Shown here: positions 8,024-13,720 of the stretch, piece after piece
Position numbering within the stretch: the stretch's first letter is position 1
Layout: every line of letters starts with the position of its first letter
From: a bacterium
GTDB taxonomy: Bacteria > Muiribacteriota > UBA6191
Direction: 5' to 3'
Length of the DNA stretch: 13,720 nucleotides
NCBI GenBank assembly: GCA_036339875.1
Contig: JAYZAC010000080.1
Location: 1-13,720, forward strand
Position numbers and translations under genes: made by a program
The notes under the pieces: model-generated
What the model saw: only the letters and a program-made list of their open reading frames with translations
Database searches by the model: none
What the model was told of the DNA's origin: nothing

Positions 8024-8414
8024 AATTCCTTAACAGTTGCAGTCGACCACTGCCCTAGGTACTGTATGAAAGGAATTCATTTGAAAGCATTGCGCAATGT
8101 CTTCGCAAATGTTGTTAGGAAACTCAGAGTTTTCTCGCATGTGCTTTACGTAGATGAGTTATTCCCGACATACAGTCCCTTGAATGCTTCTGGATATTCA
8201 ATTGTCACACCTGCTCCAGGCGGTCCTGAAAGGAGTGCCGGGTCATTGGGGGTAGCTGTGAACAAAAGAGTCTGGGCAGCCTATTCAAACCTTGAGCTAA
8301 ATCCCAGGATATTAGTTATTTTGCGGTGTTGCTCTGACTGGGCGAATAGGATTATTAAAGATAAGCAGTGTTTGGAAACAAGTGTACGCTTAACAATGAC
8401 CCGGAGTTAGGGAA
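8024..8414 (+). ncRNA. Large structured 5' leader / candidate cis-regulatory RNA of the SLH-porin gene
   Basis: Near-contiguous helices found by eye: 8024-8031/8070-8077, 8033-8037/8061-8065, 8039-8043/8049-8053, 8078-8083/8106-8111, 8121-8126/8155-8160, 8180-8185/8196-8201, a perfect 11-bp 8238-8248/8394-8404, 8280-8286/8344-8350, and 8362-8366/8388-8392 capped by a GAAA tetraloop (8375-8378). More GC-rich than the other intergenic regions. Confidence 0.65.
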
Positions 8415-10232
8415 ATGAAAAGATTTGCTATAGCTGGATTTCTTTCTTTGGCTTTGACAACTTGTAATGTCATGGCCGCCAGTCCCTTCGAAGATATCGA
8501 TCCAAGTCACTGGGCATATCCCAAGATCAAGTTTCTCTACGATCATGGGATCATCCGAGGGACTGGAACGGGAAAATTCGACGGGAACGAACGAATTTCT
8601 CGGTATGAGGCCGCGGCACTCGTTTATCAAGGCTTACAATATGTAAACCGCACACGAAGTCAAGGTGGAGCCATTGATGCTGACATCATGGACACAATCA
8701 ACAGCCTTATGACTGAACTAACTGATGAGATGCAAGTGATTGAAGTACGCATTGAAGAGAACTCAGATGCAATCGCTATGTTGCGTAATCATATTGCATC
8801 GATGCATGGTAAGCCAACACAAGGTGTGACAGTACCTATGGGTCAAGGACGTTTGAAGTTCATGGGTCAAGGTATGATTTCACTAGTCAGTGGTGGTGCT
8901 AATAGTGCTTACTCAAATGCTTTTGCAAGTAACAACAACACAGCCGCGCCCGCCAATCCTGATACAGGTTCAACTGAGTTTACCAACGATTACATAATGC
9001 TCGGTTTGGCTGCAGATATTGACGAGCGCACTTCATTCTTTGCAAAGGCCAATGTTTATACGGGAGGATCGGCGACTAGGGCACCTCTCATAGTTGGTCC
9101 AGGTGCTGACGGTATCGCGGGTACAGCAGATGATGTATTAAGTGCAGGCCCAGATGGTTTTATTGGAACAGCAGATGATGTGAATGGATCTAACGCCGCA
9201 GAATCTGGTTTACAGTTTAACGATTATATTTACGTGCATGTGAAAGATTTGTGGTCGGACTGGGACCTTACTCTCGGTAGAATGGGGCTTCCATGGGGCC
9301 ATGAAACTGGAGGAGCTTTTCGTACAAATCCATATTTTGTTAGCAACTCTCTTGTAGATATGTTGTACAACAATAAACTGATAACAGGTGCATATGTATC
9401 TACTGAATCAGATGATGGCGAATGGAACTGGGGCGTTGGTGTTCACAACGGTGATCAATCAGACCCATCTGCCCACTACAGTCATTTGTATCCAGCGTCG
9501 GCTATCGCAACAGGTGTTCCTGCCTTTTTGGCTGCGAATGCAGCTTATACAGGATTCTCAAATTTTCCTGTTATGGCAGCTTCAGCACCCGGTATGAATA
9601 GTGTAAACAATAATGAGGATGAGTCTTTTGGATTTCTTTTTCATGTGGGGCACCGTACTGCAAATGGTGATTTGCGTTGGGATGCCAATTATTTTATGAA
9701 TGGCGGTAGTAATACTGGTGATACTGGTGGTTTAGCAGGCCATATGGGTATGAGCTATTTCAATATTGGTGCTGATTATCGTATTAACGAAGATTGGGCA
9801 ATCTCTGGTGAGTTTGTGAGTGGATCTGTTGAAACCGCACGCAACACAGCATTGAATGCTAATAATGGTCAGCGTGGTGCAGCATTAGGTAACTTAGTAG
9901 ATGACGAGTTCACAACTTATTATTTACAATTAGTTTACAACCTAGATCATAAAAGCACGGTGGCATTTCGAATGTCTGACCATACCTACACAGCTGAAAC
10001 TGTAGGTGGAACGGCCTTAAATGCTTACACTGGAACACCCGATGATGGTGTTACAGAAATGGCCGTTTCCTACACTCGCAAAGTATCTGATAATGGTACT
10101 TTACTGCTAGAGTATAGTGGTGCTGATTGGGATTTAATGGGTGGATTTAATAAAAGTGCTTGTGAGCAGGTAGGATCTTCTTGCCAGGATGAATTTGAAG
10201 TAATTCGAGCCTCATATAGAGTAGATTTTTAA
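8415..10232 (+). CDS. OmpM-like major outer-membrane protein: signal peptide, SLH domain, coiled coil, beta-barrel porin
   Basis: Signal peptide MKRFAIAGFLSLALTTCNVMA. SLH motif PFEDIDPSHWAY...LYDHGIIRG...FDGNERISRYEAAALV. Heptad region (INSLMTELTDEMQVIEVRIEENSDAIAMLRNHI). Amphipathic strands and a C-terminal ASYRVDF. GGAG at 8403-8406. Confidence 0.88.
   Translation: MKRFAIAGFLSLALTTCNVMAASPFEDIDPSHWAYPKIKFLYDHGIIRGTGTGKFDGNERISRYEAAALVYQGLQYVNRTRSQGGAIDADIMDTINSLMTELTDEMQVIEVRIEENSDAIAMLRNHIASMHGKPTQGVTVPMGQGRLKFMGQGMISLVSGGANSAYSNAFASNNNTAAPANPDTGSTEFTNDYIMLGLAADIDERTSFFAKANVYTGGSATRAPLIVGPGADGIAGTADDVLSAGPDGFIGTADDVNGSNAAESGLQFNDYIYVHVKDLWSDWDLTLGRMGLPWGHETGGAFRTNPYFVSNSLVDMLYNNKLITGAYVSTESDDGEWNWGVGVHNGDQSDPSAHYSHLYPASAIATGVPAFLAANAAYTGFSNFPVMAASAPGMNSVNNNEDESFGFLFHVGHRTANGDLRWDANYFMNGGSNTGDTGGLAGHMGMSYFNIGADYRINEDWAISGEFVSGSVETARNTALNANNGQRGAALGNLVDDEFTTYYLQLVYNLDHKSTVAFRMSDHTYTAETVGGTALNAYTGTPDDGVTEMAVSYTRKVSDNGTLLLEYSGADWDLMGGFNKSACEQVGSSCQDEFEVIRASYRVDF
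9096..9182 (+). repeat. Two tandem 15-aa (45-nt period) Gly/Asp-rich repeats inside the porin
   Basis: GPGADGIAGTADDVL / SAGPDGFIGTADDV. The DNA ACAGCAGATGATGT is exact at 9123-9136 and 9168-9181. Confidence 0.85.
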
Positions 10233-10249
10233 GCGTTAGTTAGTTATTT

Positions 10250-10290
10250 AAGGTCCAAGTCACATGGATGTGATTTGGGCCTTTTTGTTT
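10250..10290 (+). terminator. Rho-independent terminator after the SLH-porin gene
   Basis: AGGTCCAAGTCACAT (10251-10265) pairs with ATGTGATTTGGGCCT (10268-10282) with two G-U pairs, followed by a T-rich tail. Lies between convergent genes. Confidence 0.9.
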
Positions 10291-10301
10291 TCTTTGAAAG
10301 A

Positions 10302-11633
10302 TTATTTTCCAAAATTTTTTTTATAATTGATCGCTTTAGCCACTTTTTGTGCTAGAACTTTACTCTCAGAAATCGAAAGAATCTGACGCATTTTAGTTTC
10401 AATTTTATCGAAGAAGGTATTGTAGTCAGTTTGCTCATTTTTATTATCTTTTAATCCTTCTAAAGCTTTATGGAGCGCTTTAGTAGCATCGTCGCGATTA
10501 AGATGAAGAACTGCGAATAAATTTTGTAGAGATTCTTTTTCATATTTTGTTACGGTTCCTTTTTTATAAATTTCATAATAATAGCATTCCAAAATATACG
10601 AGAATAAAGTCTTATAATCATTATCTGATTCAGTATGAGAAAGAAGACCATAGATGGGAGGAATTGAGATCAGCTTTGCTGGTAAAATTTTCCGTTTTGG
10701 ACTACCTATTTTATCACTACAAGATTTAGATTTATTGAATTGATCTGAGATCGTATTGGGTGAGAAATCAGCATCAATGAAATTTTTATTGGAGATCGCA
10801 TCCGGTATATCGATTTCTTGTAAGGATTCTTCAAATTTGAGGTTCAAATCTTCAGTTGAAGCATCTCCGGCTTGAGGTAATTCGTCAATTGTTATGATAC
10901 CAATATTTTTCTCAAGCTCATCTGCATTAAACACATCATTAAGTGTTTTTTCGGGTAATTTGTCCTTTAATTCCTCAATAAATTTATTCCATTTGGAGTA
11001 CTCATCAACATTTTTTGATTCTCGATTATGTTTTAGAATCTTTTTTGCCAGGAAGATAGCCTCATCTATTCGACCTAAATTAGAGAAGGCCTCGGCTTGA
11101 AATCCAGTAGCTTCAAATTTTAATTCTAAAAGATTCTTTTCACTCGAAATTTCGTCGGCTAAGGTAGCTCGTTCAAGTAAATAGTTCCAATTTTGGAATG
11201 AGCGGCCGATGTAGAGCATTGATTTAAGCACAGATTCTAACTGAACTAAATTATTGGATGATTCAGCTAGTCTAAGAGCTTTTTCAAAATTTTTATCCGC
11301 AGCTTCGAGACCCATAAGCTCACTAGCGGTATGACCATATACGAGATAGAAAGATACTTTAATAGAGATATCTTCAATAGATTCACTCAAGTTAACAATG
11401 ACAGGATTCTCTAGCATTTGCCTAGCATCATTGAATAAACCTAACTGAACGCAAAAATCTGCTAAATGAACTGTGATTTTGAGCTTAAATTCGGGACTGA
11501 TTTCGTGGGCTTGTTCATGATCAAGAATTTCTTGGAGGGCAGATTTTGCCTGCACCCAGTTTTCTTGTATTGCAAATTCGCTAGCTTTTCGAAAAAGTTG
11601 TTCAAATAATTTTTTGGCTTCCATCTTAGCCAC
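10302..11633 (-). CDS. Hypothetical cytoplasmic protein: TPR-like N-terminal half, acidic linker, small helical C-terminal domain
   Basis: 443 aa, no signal peptide. TPR-like helices (AEAFSNLGRIDEAIFLAKKIL; ADKNFEKALRLAE). GTG start at 11633 or ATG at 11624. Confidence 0.75.
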   Translation of the reverse strand: MAKMEAKKLFEQLFRKASEFAIQENWVQAKSALQEILDHEQAHEISPEFKLKITVHLADFCVQLGLFNDARQMLENPVIVNLSESIEDISIKVSFYLVYGHTASELMGLEAADKNFEKALRLAESSNNLVQLESVLKSMLYIGRSFQNWNYLLERATLADEISSEKNLLELKFEATGFQAEAFSNLGRIDEAIFLAKKILKHNRESKNVDEYSKWNKFIEELKDKLPEKTLNDVFNADELEKNIGIITIDELPQAGDASTEDLNLKFEESLQEIDIPDAISNKNFIDADFSPNTISDQFNKSKSCSDKIGSPKRKILPAKLISIPPIYGLLSHTESDNDYKTLFSYILECYYYEIYKKGTVTKYEKESLQNLFAVLHLNRDDATKALHKALEGLKDNKNEQTDYNTFFDKIETKMRQILSISESKVLAQKVAKAINYKKNFGK

Positions 11634-11661
11634 GATGGTAAATCATAACAAATTTCAGTTG

Positions 11662-11690
11662 TTTATGGAGATAGAAGAAATCCATATAAT
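11662..11690 (+). promoter_or_regulatory. Candidate sigma70-type promoter for the CLC gene
   Basis: Perfect TATAAT at 11685-11690, with a weak -35 TTTATG (11662-11667) at 17-nt spacing. Overlapped by an inverted repeat TATGGA(11664-11669)-N11-TCCATA(11681-11686). The AT-rich background weakens the call. Confidence 0.35.
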
Positions 11691-11758
11691 TCGTACTTCC
11701 GATATTTTTTTTAAGAAGGAATTGTTTATCTTAAATAAAATCTACCGTATTAATTAAT

Positions 11759-13522
11759 ATGTCAATAAACAATAAAAACAGTTTTTTTCGACGTTTAAGA
11801 ATTAATATTCATCTTATTTTCAGAAGATTAAAGATTCCTAATTCTCATTTTTTAGACTTACTAGCAATTGTAGTTGGTGTTGTTTCAGCTGTAGTTGCTT
11901 TTTTATTTCTCGAGAGTATTGATTTAATTCGTTGGGGAGTAGGGCAATTACATTATCTGGTTAATGAATCTTTATTTTTTATTATTATTCCGACTTTGGG
12001 TGGTCTCGCATGTGGATTAGTAACGTTTTTATTTTCGCCTAATGCCAAAGGCCAAGGCATTCCATTTGTGATATACGCAGTTTTAGTAAAAAGTGGATTA
12101 ATAGAATTAAGGCATTGTATTAGCCGTATGTTTGCCACAATTTTTACGCTTGGTACGATGGGCAGTGCAGGTACAGAAGGGCCGGTTGTTTATTTTGGAT
12201 CTGCAGTTGGATCCGGTTTTGGGCAATCTTTAAAACTGAGTCCTCATAATATGAAAATCATGGTAGGTTGTGGGGCTGCTGCAGGTATTGCCGCTACATT
12301 TCAAGCACCAATAGGCGGTGTTTTGTTTGCTTTGGAAGCGATTCTTCATAGTTTTTCACCTACGATTTTTTCACCCATTATCATTGCGTCTGTAGTCAGT
12401 GCCGTAACCTTCAAGACTATTGCCGGAGATCATAATAATTATCTTGCAGATCTTGTGTATGAACAACAAGCATTAGAGGTTTTTGGTTTTGTTATTGTGG
12501 GAGCTATTTGTGGATTAGTAGCCGTCGGATTTATTAAATTATTTTCTAAATTTAACTCATGGTTTAATTCTATTGATATCCATCCTGTTTTTAAGCCAGC
12601 ATTAGGCGGTTTTTTAACAGGTTGTATTCTTCTCAGATTGCCGCAAATCGAGGGTAATTCATATGAAATAGTAGTTCAGCTTGTTAGGGGAGATGAAATT
12701 ATTTGGCAGGCCTTATTAATATTTTTACTACTAAAAATTTTAGCTACTTGCTTTACGCTAAGTAGTGGGGGAGTTGGAGGTATTTTCGCACCTAGTCTAG
12801 TTTTTGGTGCAATCATTGGAGCCGTTACACACATGAGTTTATATATCTTTTTTCCGCAGATTTCATCGGTAGGTATTTATGTAATGGTTGGTATGGCTGC
12901 TTTTGTTTCTGGAACGACCCACGGACCTTTCGCAGCCATTCTGATTTTGTGCGAAATGACAGGTAATTATACAGTAATACTCCCATTATTGGCGGGTTGT
13001 GTAACTTCAATAGTAGTAGCTCGATCAATCTCTGAACTTTCTGCTTACAGTGTTCCTTTAAAAAACTTGGGCATTCACCTTCGAGACGGACATGATTTGG
13101 ATGTCTTAAAGACTTACAAGGTTAAAGATCTTATGGAAACTGAAATACTCTCTGTGCAGCATAATCAAAAGGTTCGTGATGTACTTTCGATTATACATAA
13201 CTCCCCTCATGACCATGTATTAGTTAAGAGTGAAGAAGGCGAAATTGAAGGTGTAATCTCCTACTACCATCTAACTCCTTTTCTGTTAAAGCAAACTGAT
13301 GGTTTGGATAAAACGGCTCGCGAAACAATGCACATAACCACAAACTATGTATATGCAAAAGATGCTGTGATTGTTGCGTATGACCTTTTTCTTATGAAGG
13401 AAACAAACTATCTCTTAGTACTGGACGAGCAGGATTGCTTTATAGGAATAGTTTTTAAGGCCGATATTATGCGTTCTTATCGAAAAGCGCTTCATCAGAA
13501 ATCTTTAGCTATGACTCATTGA
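11759..13522 (+). CDS. CLC-family chloride channel/transporter with C-terminal CBS pair
   Basis: CLC signatures GQGIP (12050-12064), GTEGP (12170-12184), GAAAGIAATFQAPIGGVLFALE, GGIFAP (GIFAP at 12779-12793), EMTGNY, then two CBS-like domains (VKDLM...EGVIS; FIGIVFKADI). Confidence 0.95.
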   Translation: MSINNKNSFFRRLRINIHLIFRRLKIPNSHFLDLLAIVVGVVSAVVAFLFLESIDLIRWGVGQLHYLVNESLFFIIIPTLGGLACGLVTFLFSPNAKGQGIPFVIYAVLVKSGLIELRHCISRMFATIFTLGTMGSAGTEGPVVYFGSAVGSGFGQSLKLSPHNMKIMVGCGAAAGIAATFQAPIGGVLFALEAILHSFSPTIFSPIIIASVVSAVTFKTIAGDHNNYLADLVYEQQALEVFGFVIVGAICGLVAVGFIKLFSKFNSWFNSIDIHPVFKPALGGFLTGCILLRLPQIEGNSYEIVVQLVRGDEIIWQALLIFLLLKILATCFTLSSGGVGGIFAPSLVFGAIIGAVTHMSLYIFFPQISSVGIYVMVGMAAFVSGTTHGPFAAILILCEMTGNYTVILPLLAGCVTSIVVARSISELSAYSVPLKNLGIHLRDGHDLDVLKTYKVKDLMETEILSVQHNQKVRDVLSIIHNSPHDHVLVKSEEGEIEGVISYYHLTPFLLKQTDGLDKTARETMHITTNYVYAKDAVIVAYDLFLMKETNYLLVLDEQDCFIGIVFKADIMRSYRKALHQKSLAMTH

Positions 13523-13560
13523 TTTAACATATTCTGTCGAAATCAAATGAGTACTCTTTT
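13514..13560 (+). terminator. Possible terminator hairpin overlapping the CLC stop codon
   Basis: ACTCATT(13514-13520)/AATGAGT(13546-13552) and GATTT(13521-13525)/AAATC(13540-13544), followed by ACTCTTTT. The stem is AT-rich and the U-tract is not immediately adjacent. Confidence 0.35.
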
Positions 13561-13583
13561 AGTATTTTTACCCCTATATAAGC

Positions 13584-13607
13584 TATAATTGAGCAGTCTG
13601 AAGGGAG
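13584..13607 (+). promoter_or_regulatory. -10 box and ribosome-binding site of the last gene
   Basis: TATAAT at 13584-13589. AGGGAG at 13602-13607, 6 nt before the ATG at 13614. No convincing -35. Confidence 0.5.
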
Positions 13608-13613
13608 TTGGTC

Positions 13614-13720
13614 ATGCTTCAATTTATACTACGGAGCGTAGTTGCAATTTTTCTTTCCTCCAGCGCTTTGCATGCTACGGAGGCTATGGCGAAGAATACC
13701 GGTATGCGATGTAATCAATG
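13614..13720 (+). CDS. Secreted protein, probable c-type cytochrome (N-terminal fragment, runs off the right edge)
   Basis: Not in the ORF track. MLQFILRSVVAIFLSSSALHA-TEAMAKNTGMRCNQ plus a partial codon TG. Signal peptide ending in ALHA, strong RBS, and C-N-Q-(TGN), compatible with CxxCH. Confidence 0.65.
   Translation, partial: MLQFILRSVVAIFLSSSALHATEAMAKNTGMRCNQ

Noticed and set aside
8066..8410. 114-aa plus-strand ORF ending 4 nt before the porin ATG
   Set aside because: No recognisable motif or SD, and it lies wholly within the base-paired region, which RNA structure explains better. A translated uORF cannot be strictly excluded without ribosome profiling.
8024..8414. Known RNA classes (cobalamin, TPP, FMN, SAM-I, glycine, lysine, c-di-GMP-I/II, glmS, RNase P, tmRNA, SRP)
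   Set aside because: Only fragmentary resemblances (e.g. AGGAA...TTCCCG...ACCTGC to cobalamin; terminal AGGGAA to TPP). The conserved cores are not present in the right order by eye. An Rfam scan is needed to be sure.
11668..11712. Possible fluoride riboswitch ahead of the CLC gene (GGAGAT...TCCATATAA)
   Set aside because: Lacks the GAUGG loop and the downstream (U/A)AUGA pseudoknot partner. The stem is short.
1037..13028. Other short track ORFs (1037-1222, 4526-4753, 6218-6400, 8355-8630, 9388-9597, 10547-10729, 10894-11100, 11953-12138, 12825-13028)
   Set aside because: All are antisense or out-of-frame shadows of well-supported genes, with no motifs.
11759..13522. CLC as a fluoride-specific CLC-F forming a fluoride-resistance island with crcB
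   Set aside because: The CLC-F signatures (GNNLI/GMGLI, GREGT/V, GEVTP) are absent. The gene is 10 kb from crcB in a different transcription unit.
13519..13546. FNR/CRP-type box upstream of the cytochrome-like gene (TTGAT...ATCAA)
   Set aside because: The half-sites are separated by 18 nt, not the 4 nt required. It is better read as a hairpin.
1..13720. CRISPR array, IS/transposase, integrase, prophage, tRNA/rRNA, anti-phage defence genes
   Set aside because: No spaced direct repeats, terminal inverted repeats, recombinase or nuclease motifs, or cloverleaf/rRNA signatures were seen.

Overview
AT-rich bacterial chromosomal window, apparently from a diderm organism because it encodes outer-membrane beta-barrels and an SLH-porin. 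No mobile element, CRISPR array, tRNA or rRNA is visible. Left arm, minus strand, tightly coupled operon: O-antigen-ligase-like membrane protein, exported TPR protein, crcB/fluC fluoride channel, outer-membrane beta-barrel, and hflX (5' part only, absent from the ORF track). Divergently on the plus strand: a vWA-domain membrane protein, a PilB/GspE ATPase with an MshEN-like N-terminus, and an untracked 54-aa CPxC...CPxC zinc-ribbon microprotein. Next come about 390 nt of densely base-paired non-coding sequence leading into an OmpM-like SLH/coiled-coil/porin gene with a strong terminator. The right end has a convergent helical/TPR-like protein, a CLC-CBS anion transporter, and the start of a secreted, probably c-type cytochrome gene cut by the window edge. 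The most interesting item is the large structured RNA leader at about 8024-8414. It matches no riboswitch class I can recognise by eye, contains mutually exclusive helices, and has an 11-bp helix overlapping the porin ribosome-binding site. All assignments come from reading motifs by eye; no searches or folding programs were run.
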